In this document: piece by piece, positions 31,918-44,305 of the stretch
Numbering within the stretch: position 1 is the first letter of the stretch
How the letters are laid out: the number at the start of each line of letters is the position of its first letter
DNA from: Lepidodermella squamata
Taxonomy: Eukaryota > Animalia > Gastrotricha
Direction: 5' to 3'
Length of the DNA stretch: 64,000 nt
Assembly (NCBI GenBank): GCA_047495785.1
Contig: JBLDXI010000029.1
Location: 3,782,001-3,846,000, forward strand
Made by a program: the position numbers and the translations under genes
The notes under the pieces: model-generated
Told to the model about the DNA's origin: nothing
Databases searched by the model: none
Seen by the model: the letters and a program-made list of their open reading frames with translations, nothing else

Positions 31918-34097
31918 TTACTTGTACGTCCAATTGTTTAAAGCTATCGTATCACGTTTCTGTTCAACAATGTTTTGCGTATGTTGACAGTCCGATTCTG
32001 AAATATTCCAATCTCGGATAATCATAACTAAGCTAGAAAATGAAGGCCGTAGATCAAGGTCACGGTTCCAGCATGCTGAAATCACCTCATCGAACCTTAA
32101 AATAAAACACAATTATCTCCATGAATGTCATGACTTACAGTTCAAGGAACTTACAGTTTTGCAGGGCATCTATCAGGTTTAGCCAAGCGACCTTCAGCTT
32201 GCAAAAGGTTCACGATTTCAGTAGGCGACATCCCAGCGTAAGGTTTGACACCACCAGCAAAAATTTCCCACATCACCACTCCGAATGACCAGACGTCACT
32301 CTTCTCCTCAAAAACGCCTTTTAGCAAGGATTCAAGAGGATGCCAGGCGATGGGCAACGGTCTGTCGTAGTTAGCTGGTCTGTAGTAGTCGCAAGATACT
32401 AAATGCCGTGACATCCCAAAATCGGCGATTTTAAGCAATCCTTTCTCGTCCATCAAAACATTTCTAGCTGCTAAATCACGATGTATGAACTTATTTTCGG
32501 ACATATAGGCCATTCCATTTGCAATCTGGATGCAGTAGTTGAGCATATCTTGGTTAGTTAGATCTAAAAACTTGCTGCGAAGGTAATCCCTAAGATTCCC
32601 ATTCGCCATAAAAGGTACAACTAGATGAGGTTGGTCGAATAATAGCGAGATTCCTAGCAGTTCGATTACATTTGGATGATGAAATGTTTGCATGACATTA
32701 GCTTCTTTCAAAAGGTCCAACAAGTCCTCACGATCCCTGGATTTGTGAACTTTCACAGCTACCTTAATTTCGTGAGAATCAGGACCTGATTTCTCCGGGC
32801 GCCAGGTTGGCTGGAGCAAACGCATTGTAGCACTGTAAACAAAGCCGAAATTACCATCGCCGATCAATTTACCGAAAATTAATTGATCGTTTTGAACAAG
32901 AAAAGCCTCAGCCATTCGAGCGATATCTTCACTGCCACCTAGGTCGTTTACAACTTTTCGAACTCGCCCTTTCTCAGCTTCGTCGATTTCAGGCTTGGAA
33001 GTTTGAGTTGGAACCAAGTAAACCTCCCGTGTCCCTGATACAATCGAATCCATCTTGTCTTGATCGGCGAGTAACAAGCTTCGTAATTTAGCTCGATCGT
33101 TGGGGTTCACGCTCTTGAGGTTTTCAAATTCAGGCTTGACGTAGTATGTCCCAGTTGTTGACGTGGCTTGCGATGAACCGGGCTGTAACTTATTTTCCTG
33201 CTCATCCTTGTGGATTATTAAAAGTTTTTGCCTGTAAAATTGGCATTTTCTCGTGTATTTGAATAGACAACATAAGGAAATCGCGAGACACGACGCCAAA
33301 GTTGCTATAATTGGTAGGGTGATGACTGGTTTCAAGATGACTTCATCCTTCGACTCCACCCCCTTTAGATCTTCGACTCTAATTTGTCTGGTGAAGTTCG
33401 CCGTCTCGTTAAAATCAGTCTGAGTCGCTGTTGTAGTGAATTTGACCGTTGTAACTGATTTCAAACAGTAGAATTGCATAATTCTCGCGTGGTCGTCATT
33501 CGGAGCCCGTCCAGCGCCATACCAAACTGCATTATAATCAGCAGGGCAGTCATACTTGTTAGTAACTGGGTTTGAAACAGAATCAACACTCGCAGCACCA
33601 TCGCCTCTTTTCTGGAAAAACCCCCCTAGAGCCGAACCATATCGATAGTTGAAGCAAATCGTTTGAACACATCGAGACTGTACAGTTTCATTCCTTGCTG
33701 AACTGAAATATTTAGGGGACGCGACTGGTAGTGAAATTTTTCCCATCCCACCAGGGCAGGTCAACGCGTTTGTCATCGGGTTGACGGCATTGAACTTTTT
33801 CGCCTCGTTTTCGCAGGTAAAAAACATCCCGCCCAGGCTGTTTTGCGAGTCGCAAAGATTTTCCTTGGATAGACATAGGTGAACTTGCAACGTGTCGTCA
33901 TTAACATCTGAACCAGCATTTCCTACAAGGTAATCTTCAGCGTCCTTCGGGCAGTAACTAGAGTCGAATCCGGAATTGGCGATGATAATACCCGGGCGGT
34001 GTGAATAGATTCCTCGAAAATTTGATTGAGATACTTGACTTGAGATTGGATTGGCGAAAATTGAAATAGCAAAAAGGCTTATCACTAGTATGTTCAT
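31918..34097 (-). CDS. Receptor tyrosine kinase (MET/RON/RYK-like catalytic domain) with an MPEG1 P2-like ectodomain, about 706 aa, 2 exons
   Basis: Likely ATG 34097 (signal peptide MNILVISLFAISIFANPISS); TM VITLPIIATLASCLAISLCCLF; GDGNFG, VAVK, HRDLAARN, DFGMSR..DYY, SDVWSFG. A 59-nt intron (32154-32096) supplies subdomain XI, CWNRDLDLRPSF. Confidence 0.9.
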
Positions 34098-34676
34098 TTG
34101 CAGTTGTGAATGCGTTTTTTGTTTCAGACGAAAAGCATCGTCGAATGTGAGCAGCATGTTGTAGAATGAGTCAGTATTGTATCCATTTCCGGTAGCAAAT
34201 TTGCATAGCCAATTAGTTGTTTTCAACTGTCAGGAAATTAAAACCATACGTACGTAGAGAAATTCCGATCTTCATCGAGCACTCAATATGCTATTTCTAA
34301 GGGTTTATTTTATGATGTTGTTTACTTTGATCATGACTCATTTTTCATTGTAATAACAGGTTGACCCTCTTTTCGAGTGTTTATACTCATTTTACCAGCT
34401 AAATTTTCCAGTATGTTTGGAATCTTCATCCTGCCGAATAGTTGATGTTATTTCATCCATTTTTTGTCCGGAGAATTTCCTTTGGTTGGTGGGTCAAAAA
34501 GTCAAAAAAGAAAGATTAAGCAAATGAATCACAATCGCGTGCGGTTTTGGTGAATGAAAAAATGCCACGTGTAAACAATCCTCTCTCCTTATCACAGCTG
34601 GCCAGTATAAAGTCCAAGCTTACAAAGCCAGAATCCATTATACCGGCATTCAATTCAAAACAACTCGATTCATAGA

Positions 34677-35692
34677 ATGGCTAGTGACTGGAGTATCAAA
34701 GGCAAGGTTGCTATCATAACCGGGGCTAACACTGGCCTAGGCCGAGAGACTGCTCTCGACCTAGTAAGAAAAGGAGCCGGCCGTGTAATTCTTGCATGCC
34801 GAAATCTCGAAACTGGCGAGGCAGCAGTCAAATACATCCGCGAAAAGGCCGGAATTACCGACGAAGCTGAGGCAAATCGTCGATTGGCGCTCCGGAAACT
34901 GGACCTCGCCTCGCTTGAGTCGATCCGAGACTTCGCGAAGACAATCTATAAAGAAGAGAAGGAATTGCATGTCCTCATCAACAATGCCGGTCTCTACGCG
35001 CCACGGGTCAAACAATTGACTGCTGATGGCTTCGAACTGACCTTCGGAACTAACCACCTTGGCCACTTCCTGCTGACAAATCTTCTTCTTGATCTATTGA
35101 AAAAGTATTTGAGCCTTTTTTGTGGAGCAAATGTGAATTTCGATTATTTTTAGGTCTAAACCGAGCCGTGTTGTAGTTCTTTCTTCAATGGCCTACCAAT
35201 TCGTCGCCCCATTCGGTTTTCACATTGATGATCCCAACTACGAGAAAAGTTGGTACGAAGCTTGGTTGGCCTATTGCCACTCTAAACTGGCCAATATTCT
35301 GTTCGCCCGAGAACTTCACAAGCGGCTCAACAGCAGCAGCGATTCAGGGGTGACAGTTTACAGCCTTCATCCAGGTGTTGTTAACACTGAGTTTATGCGG
35401 CATCGTCACTGGCTGATTCAAGCGGTGATCCAGCCTTTTGTGCCGTTTTTCTACTCGACGATTGAGCAAGGTATCCAAACAACGATTCACTGCGCTACGC
35501 AACCAGGCATTGAAAAGTATTCTGGTCAATACTTTACGTGAGTTCTTCGATTTATTTGAGAAATAGATATAGATTCATCATGTTTCAAATTTCAGAAATA
35601 GCCGTGTTACTGATACTTGGGGCTGCGCGAAGGACGAGGTTGTCGCTGCTAGATTGTGGCAGATCAGTGAAGAAATGACCAAGGAAAAATAG
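34677..35692 (+). CDS. Retinol dehydrogenase 11-14-like short-chain dehydrogenase, 3 exons
   Basis: TGANTGLG, NNAG, GTNHLGHFLLT, YCHSK, LHPGVVNT, RLWQISEEM. Exons 34677-35104, 35154-35537 and 35596-35692; TATAAA near 34607. Confidence 0.92.
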
Positions 35693-35779
35693 CATTTTCA
35701 AGCGATAGGTACATATTCGAATGTTAAGAAGTAAAATGATTATTGAGAATACGTCTTTTCAAATTCTCCCGTAATGCAT

Positions 35780-38664
35780 TCAGCAACCTTCGGCAGGGCA
35801 ACCTGCGAAGAGCAAGATTTAAACTTTTTTGCCACAAAATTGCCGTCACATACTGTTTACGATTTCTAAAAAAAAACAGAATAATACATATTTTTCCGCT
35901 CTGTCAATAAACAAACTTTGAAAGCAGTCTGGGCCAGTGTAGCCGTCATCGCACAAGCAGGTGTTCGGGGCGATGCAAGTGCCGCGCAGAAAGCATTTTT
36001 TAGGGCACGAAGCTTTCGAAAAAACAATTGCAGTGATAAATCAGGGCATGTGAGAATAGAGTGATTTTTTCTTAAATTGTGTGATAAATCATTCTGACCA
36101 CCACCAATTTACCTATCACCGATTTACAAATCCGTCGACTTCAGACTCCAAATTTCGTGCTAAGGCCCGATCTGGCCAGAATTAGAAAGCTATAGTCAGC
36201 ATTGCTCAAAAAATTACCTAATTCTTTAGTTTACAGATTGTATATAATAGTTATTCTCAGTGGTTGAAACTTCGCTTTGGTGAATTCAAACGGTTGATGA
36301 AATTTAGCGCTAACAGTTTATTTCCGAGGTTTCGATTTCTAACAGAAATCATCTTCAGGGAGATGAAGTTGAATAGTTTAGGCGTAAAATCATAATTAAA
36401 ATCTTAAGGCGGATATTTTCATTGATGATTCATCAGACGAGTCAAGAAATAATTGCTTGATGAAACTTCAAGACTTACGTGATTGACAACCTGGAGCTAG
36501 CCAGTCCGATGTGCAGACACATCGATTCGGCCGCACGCAAGTTCCTCCATTCGCACAACCAGATGGGCAAATTGCTGTTAAATGAATAGATCGTGCAACG
36601 CATTTGCGAATACATTGCCGTTCATTACGTGTATCACAAAGCAAGCCAGTCCATCCCGGTCCACATGTGCAGCTGTTGAGAGATTTACAAACACCGCCTA
36701 TCCCACAATTCGGTGTACAAGTAGCTAAATGCGATGAAAGAATGGGTGAAAATCGGAGAGGGTAAAGGAAATGAGCGCATTTTCGCGGTATGGTACCTCC
36801 TAAAACATTATAACTGGAACCTCAATTTAGGGCTCAATTCCGGACCCCGCTTAGTTTCGTGCAGGTAAAAGTTTAAAAATTCCGCCTTTTCCCTCATTTT
36901 CTTCACGCAAGTTCAATAATTTTATTAAATTCTCTCTAAAAATATTTAATTAAATACAATTTAAAATTATTTAAAATATTTTCCATGGTAACGCATTTAT
37001 GGGGGGAATTTTGAAATTTTGCCAAGTCGGGTCGTCGCGTCGCCTGGCCTCCTCTATGTTGTAGCGCGAAAACTATGATAGATAGAGCACTTCTGTAAAT
37101 TGTGCTGAACTCAGCATGATCGAATTACTTAGAAACCGTTGAAAAAACAATAGGTCAGGAAAATCGACTTTTTTGTCCCTCCGGCGCTGGAGTACCCCCT
37201 TAGGGGAGATCTTGGGTCATCTTAGTCATCTCTCTGGATCTCTAACCGTAACACCTGGAAGCTTCTAATATTGATTTTCTTACTCCCCGGACTTGATTTA
37301 GTATTGAAAAGATCTTTTTGAGAGATCATAACCGCCCAAAGTCATTTGACAAGCTTGCATGGCAAGTTAGGGTGATCACCTGAGTCATCCTGTCCTAAGA
37401 CGGGGAAGAAGATCTTTTGAGACCACCAGTGTGAAGTTGTTCTTTCAAAAAGATCTTTTCAATACTAAATCAAGTCCGGGGAGTAAGAAAATCAATATTA
37501 GAAGCTTCCAAAATTATTGAACTTGCGTGAAGAAAATGAGGGAAAAGGCGGAATTTTTAAACTTTTACCTGCACGAAACTAAGCGGGGTCCGGAATTGAG
37601 CCAATTTAGGCATGGCACAGTTTTAAGCACACTCATTAAGCTCTCAATCCGAAACACTCCAACACTCTAAACTAAAGCAGGTAAGAGGCTGCTCCACTTA
37701 CGTCTATCGCATTTGAGCCCGGTCCAGCCAGCCTGACATGTGCATTGATAGCCTCCGATCTTGTTCAAATTACCGATGCACGTGCTGGGTACGCAGTTGG
37801 CAGGACAGGTTATCTCTTCAGAGTAAACTTGATATGATGAATCTCGTTATATCACGAAATAACTTACGATTTATCAACTGGCACTGCTGGCGTAACAAAG
37901 TCAGCTGTGATACGGTGAAAACTGATTTGTACAATGATAAGCATGCGTATCTGTTATTGTAGGCTAAATTTCCGAGATATCTGTAAAAATCGGCATTTGA
38001 TGTCCCGTTAAGGATTTCTTAATTCAAGCATATACCTATAACCGAGAGTCAAATACTGTCCGGTTGATGGCGTGTTTGTGGCTACAAGTTGACTCACAGT
38101 GAGATCGCAAAAAACGTAGTGCGTCCCATTCGAGTTGTAGACCAATGAAATAAATTGCCAACCGGTCATATTACAACTAAAATTAGAAACATGTTGTGAT
38201 CCAGAGTTGACAGTGTTGGCGAACAGCAGGTTAGAGTTGATTATGTTATCATTAGTGGGATGCAGGTGCCATAGGTGCGTATTGAAAGCTCCCGCTGATC
38301 CATTCCACCATTCAAAAATCGAGCCACGTGCCGGTGCGTAAACATAAGATGAAAGTGTGAATGACGAAACACCAGGGTTGACCCTCGAATCTAAGATTTC
38401 AATCCAACTGTTACTGTTACCTTTATTGGTCTCATACGCCGTGTTGTTAGCACCAAATGGCCCTTGGGTTAGTGGACCACCCACTGTCTTGTAAGAAGCA
38501 TGCATTGCGTTGCCTGAGATGTCCTGCAGGCCGAAGAGAGCATTCAGCGGCCAATAACCAGAAGCCGGAGGTAAATTTGCTTGGTTCATTAAGAACTGAG
38601 CCAGATATATCTGGCAGTTGATAAGCGGCAGTGAAGCCACGATTAGGTACGAAAGTATGTTCAT
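35780..38664 (-). CDS. LamG-like plus 4 EGF secreted protein, paralog B
   Basis: ATG 38664 (MNILSYLIVASLPLINC), YWPLNALFG, same exon series as 21124-22976, ends CPAEGC-stop. Confidence 0.8.
36832..37601. mobile_element. Intronic MULE/Mutator-like non-autonomous element, 770 bp
   Basis: TIRs of about 90 bp (GCTCAATTCCGGACCCC...), 9-bp TSD CAATTTAGG at 36823-36831 and 37602-37610, inner inverted repeat 37256-37321 with 37445-37510. Confidence 0.85.
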
Positions 38665-39207
38665 TTTTCGCAAACTTCTTCTTCTGCTTCCCGTCTGCAA
38701 TGGAAAATTCTTTAATAATCTGTTGGTCGTTCGGAACGGACTTGCTCTAAACCGGAGGTTGTTCCCTGTTGCTATGCTAGCCCGTATAGAATTTTTACTG
38801 CAACCTGTAATCTCGGCATTTAGATGATTGACAGGCATTCTATAAATGCCTGTGAGTAAAACTTTCCCCTAGTTTCATCATGCACGAACACCTAAGATCG
38901 ATGCAAACCATGACTGAAAAGGCGGAGACTTCTCGCTTCTCGCAATACTATTTAACCTATGTTCGTGGTAAGCAGAGAAAAATTACCTATATGAATGAAA
39001 AATTCATTTTGAAAAATTCTGAACTTATTCTGAAAAATTCAAAGTCTTGCGCGGTGGAAGATTTAGTGCGCACTTGCACCCAAAATGTGGGCTGATCGGT
39101 GATGCGCGTGATAATGTCCCTGTTTAGTTTTCACTCGGGAATTCATTCCGCTGGGCTGAGGCCGCTCCTCAATCGTAAAGGAAAGAGTTTCTGTACTTTG
39201 TGCCAAT

Positions 39208-40160
39208 GGGTGTATTTTTGTATTCAGCCCGGCCTGCCCGAACGCAAAAAAAGCCGGGCACTGCCCATGTACATTTTTTTATTCTGCCCGCACAGCCCGA
39301 CTCGCCCGTATCGTCCGCAGAGCATTCAGCAATTTTCTCTGGTTTCCCGCACTTCCCGGCCAGCCCGTAACGCCCGGCCTTTTGAGACTGGGCGAAGCCG
39401 GGCGATGAGGCAAAAAATTGACTGCCACGCGATTTCACAGCAAAAAGTTGGCAAAACGTCATACGAATGACTCAGTTCAACATGGATAACTTTATACAAG
39501 ATGAATCATCTGAACCCAAGCTACCTATTTGTGATCACTTTATACCGATTTTCCAAATACGGAGGAGATTTTCGAATTTCAACGCGGCGGATGACCTGGA
39601 CGAGCGCGAATGAGATCATCCTTTCCATTTACAGTTTTCAAAATGGAAAGGATGATCTCATTCGCGCTCGTCCAGGTCATCTGAAAGCTGTAAGAAACAA
39701 ACGATTTCAAATTATGGAATACGTATTTGACAGAGCTAATTAGTGCCAACTTGGACAATTCGCATTATCAGAAGTCGAGAGAATAAAGCATCAAAATGTC
39801 ATCTTTTCAAATTTAATATAGATTTCCTGATTAGCATGAGTCACGCACAACGCCAAAAACGCGCTCAGGCGAAGTTATTTTCCGGATCTGCCCGTTAACA
39901 TTCAATAATTATTCCGCGTTTCCCCGCTTTCCCGCGGGAGAGTTGGGCTGTATTGCTGAATGCATTTGGGCGCCCGCGCTTCCCGGATTTTTTTTATTGC
40001 TTTGTTCCCGCGATTCCCAGAAAATCCTAGCTCATCCGCAAAAAAACACGGGCTAATAAAAAAATGTGCTCATTGCCCGCCCAGCCCGGATTTTTTTATT
40101 GTTTTCCCGTGAAATCCGGCGGGCTGCCCCGGGCGAGGCGGGGAATATAAAAATACACCC
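39208..40160. mobile_element. PIF/Harbinger-like non-autonomous element, 953 bp
   Basis: TIRs GGGTGTATTTTTGTATTC and GAATATAAAAATACACCC, 3-bp TSD AAT, GCCCG-rich subtermini, perfect 40-bp-arm hairpin at 39591-39680. Confidence 0.75.
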
Positions 40161-40549
40161 AATCAAGATTGCACAAGTCTATGGTGTGATCTTTTCTCAA
40201 AACGCTTGTAGCAGATGCTAGAGCAAATAATTTCAACAGCCTCCTCAACGCGATCAATGAATTAAAAGAAGTCCGTAACTCCTCTGATTGAAGGCAATAA
40301 AGTTCAATACATGAAGTATGAACCTTCGAAGTCTTTCATTAGTTTTCGAGAACTACGCATGATCTTCTTCCATTTACAATATTTTACGTTAATATTTACA
40401 TTCTCCAGCACACACGCTCTCCATTCATGAAAAAGCTTGTAAAAAGTTGTTAGCCATGCATCGTAGAACTTTTTCAAGCATATTATTATAACTTGTATGA
40501 TTACTCTAGGCCTTATTCCTTATTCTTATATCAGACTGCGTTTTGAAAA

Positions 40550-42276
40550 ATGAGTTGTTGTTCAAAGAGCTATTTAAAAGCTAAAATTGCCGATTTTAGA
40601 CAACGAGAAAGCTCCAAGCGGACCAATCTCTTAAAATCGATCGGCGATAAATCCGACCGGTCAGTTACAAATCTTTCAGCAAGTGAAATTGTTTCGGCAA
40701 CGAAAGAAGGCCGCCTAAAACCAAGCGATGTTATGCTAGCCTTTCAAACAGCAGCACTTCGAACAACTGGCGATCTCTATGCTGTTACAGAATTCATCGA
40801 AGATGCTTATCAAGCTGCTTTGAAATTGGACGAGATACCTCAAAACAATCGCGGCCCTCTCCATGGCGTCCCTCTGAGTGTAAAAGAATGCTTCTTCATC
40901 AAAGTGACCGAGACAACCTGTGGCTACAGCCAGTTCCTGGGAAAATGCGTTGATTACCCAACCGCTCCTATCATCGAATTTCTGAAGCATTTGGGCTGTG
41001 TTCCTTTTGTTAAGACCAACATCCCACAGGGCATGTTTTCGATCGATTCGGTCAACCCGATCCACGGCCAGACGAAGAACCCTCATGACAAGACTCGTTC
41101 ACCTGGAGGTTCGTCAAGTGGCGAAGGAGCTTTGATAGCTTCAAAGTCTTCCCTACTCGGTCTTGCGACCGATGCTGGCGGCAGCTTACGAGTCCCGGTA
41201 AGTTACTTCTAAAATCATTGGATTTGTGTTAGATTCAGTTTTTAGGCCACTTGGTGTGGTTCCTACAGTTTGAAGCCAAGTTCAAATCGAATCATCCAAG
41301 GCGGTGATTTTAACGTCGAATTCCAAGCTCGAATCATTGCGAACGATTACTATTCCCCTGGATTTCTATCGGCAGATGTCGATTTGTTGGTTACTGTTTT
41401 CCGCAATCTCTACTCGAAATCGACCTTCGAAAAGTTTCCGAACAGCTCTCTGCCTCCGATTGAATTTCGCGATGAGCTCTTTTCTTCGAAGAAGAAGCTG
41501 AGAATCGGATACTGCGAGTTCGATGGAATCGTAAATTTGCTTCCAGGACCCAAACGAGTTTCACGTGAAGCTAGGGAAAAGTTGGAAAAGCTTGGCCATG
41601 AAGTTGTAGAGTGGCCTGATATGGACATGCTGAGGAATGGCTATATGGTCTACTGCAGCACCTAGCCATCGATGGCTTGGTTGACGTTATGAAAGACATG
41701 GAAAATGACATTGAAATCAGCTATCCTAACAAAATGACTCATTTACTGTTCAAACTACCGAATTGCGCCAAGTGGCTGTTTGAAAAGTTCGCGAGATTGA
41801 CCATGGGCCAACTAACGGCTGATATGGTTAGGAATATGCGAACTGGATCTCGGCCGCATGATATGAACTTGGTCTACCGGAAAATCTTGAAATTCCGCCA
41901 GGATTTTGCGAAAATCTACCGCGAACAGGGCTTTGATGCTCTGCTTTGGCCAGCAATGCCGTGCCAGGCACTGCCGTTGAATGCGCCGAGAGAGATAGCC
42001 CCGGCTCTGAGTTACTTTGTCCTGTTCAATTTTCTCAACTGGCCGGCTGGAACCTGCCCGTTCGGTCATGTGACCAGTCAAGACGAGGCTGAACTTGAGG
42101 CGAATAGTGACGCGCCGAATGGAGATTTCTACTACGACCAAATTCGAAACTTCCTGAGATCCCCGCCCCAGACGAGTTCGGTTGGCCTTCCTCTTGCTGT
42201 TCAAGTCGCTGCGCCTCAGTTTCAGGAGGAAACAGTGCTTCGACTGCTTAAAGAACTATCTCCTCATATGGCGTGA
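40550..42276 (+). pseudogene. FAAH-like amidase copy 1, disrupted by a 1-nt frameshift near 41660
   Basis: Amidase signature (GVPLSVKE, GGSSSGE, TDAGGSLRVP); intron 41198-41245; one base missing relative to copy 2, giving TAG at 41663. Confidence 0.7.
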
Positions 42277-42584
42277 TGACCTATATTAGACTAGCATGAT
42301 GATTAGAATAGTGAATAAAAGTGAGACAGGATAGAGATTTTGAATTGCGGACGGTGATGTCAAAGGGCTACTTTCGAAAGATTTGGATTACTGGTTTTGA
42401 TACGAAAATATCCCGATATTTATTTCTCTTGAATTCAAAATGCGAAATAATCGTAAAAACGGTAAGCTTCGAGGGTAGCAGAGTCAGCTTCAGGGTTATC
42501 AATAATTGCCACGCAGATAATATGCCAGTTCTGAAATCGCACCTTGCTGAAAGTCGATAAACGTCAATTCCAAGCCAGCGACGG

Positions 42585-43855
42585 TCAACGGGGCCCTGGG
42601 TAGCGGATTATCCTTCGCTCAAACACGCTCGCGCGCACGCTTTCGCTACCAAATTCGATACCCATGCCCACACCTTTTACAAAACCGGACCTCATTTCGC
42701 GCGGCTTGGCTCGATTACTAGCAGCTCGGGCCTTGAACTCGCCACGTAAAGATCGCCCGCTGTTCTTGTCATTATTTAGTCCATGTGCATGCGCTTTCCA
42801 ATCGCCCTCACGCACTGGTGTCAATTCATCCATCACAGTCGTGCCACTACAATTTTTTGTTTTGCTTGCTCACCCGGCCTTCCTTCGGCTCAATCGGAAC
42901 CATGGTTTTGTGGATGTAGCAAGAGCGCCAGGTTTTTTCACCCGTTTTTTGCGATCGCGTTTTCTTCGATATTCGTAGCTGCGAACGAGATGATCCACGC
43001 CCAAGTTGCTGGTTATGATCGTCGGCGTATCCAAATCAACAACAACACGACCTGGGGCCAAAGCAGCCAACTCAGCCAGCAACGAGACAACGAGACAAAC
43101 ACATTTTGACCTGGCTTGACAACTGTATGCGGGATACGCTTTTCCTTCGTGAATACCGATGCTTCTTCTACAACCGGAAGTGGGCCGGGGTCGAATGAAG
43201 CTATCTGGTCAAAATTAGGTGACGGCGAGGGAACAGCATCTTGGAATGAAGGCGGCGGCGGTGGAATAGTGAGTGTTGTTAGCAGAACGATCTCATTTTC
43301 GTTCCCGAATTCAACATAACCAACAGGTGTTGAAACTCGCATCGCACCTGGGGCATTAGGGGATATAATTTTAATTTATATCGCGACACGCTGTTTCCAT
43401 CTTTGCGCTGATCCGTCGCTGTTATGACGCCGTGCCGTATCTACGGCGAAATATCCGAAATATCCAAAATGAATCATGTATTATCCTGACGAAATACGGC
43501 ATTCTTACTAATCAACTGCGCATGATTTCGATGAAGGGTTTCTACACTCAGCTTTCGGCGACCTCCCGTCGGTTACAGTCTCAAAAATTGCGGTATCGAT
43601 ATCTAAAATTTAGCGTTAGCTGTCGAGCGACATTGCTACGACCCGCCCAATGTGCCGACGAACATTTTCGCCTGTGCCAAGAACATGGTATCTACGCGTC
43701 AATCGGGTAACAGGATGCGTAATCTCTACACCCGGCTTCCCTTCATTTTGAGCGTTGCTCAAGAATAAAAAGATTGAAAAAAGAATACCTAAGAATAAGA
43801 AGAAAAAAAGATTGAAGTGAAGCCGGGTCGAATCACCCCTTAGCCGAAGCAGCAA
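42585..43855 (-). CDS. Possible multi-exon secreted protein of unknown function
   Basis: Hydrophobic leader (LFFFLFLGILFSIFLFLSNAQ) and several coding-like blocks bounded by ..CAG and GT sites; full model and start codon not resolved. Confidence 0.3.
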
Positions 43856-44305
43856 GTCGACTAAGGTCTTCTCAGTTATTTATCTCGTTCAGTGAGATCT
43901 TCTGAGGTTCGACTCCGAGTCCATCGGGTTCCAAATTTTATGATAATCTTTCATTTTTCCCAGTTTTTTCGTACAACGACGAATAAACGACAAAGTGACG
44001 AACTAAACGTGGAATTTGATCCTGCAAAGCCGGACAATAGTAAAGATGCTTTTGAAAAAAGTTCACGGGGTCGCTCGCATGCCAGCCTGCGGTTTCATTC
44101 ACGTGAACACTACGTGATTATGTGCATGTATCTGGCCATATCAATCTAACACTTCTTCTCTCATGCACATGGCACACGCTCTCTCTTCATTCATGAAAAA
44201 GCTGGTTAAAAAATTGTTATTGACCTTATTTTATACGTCGTATGATTGCTACATATACCTAAGCTTTATTCTTTACTGTTAATTTAGACTATTTTTGCTT
44301 AAAAA

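Noticed and set aside
32151-32160. RTK appearing truncated before kinase subdomain XI
   Set aside because: A 59-nt intron joins the missing exon at 32095-31918.
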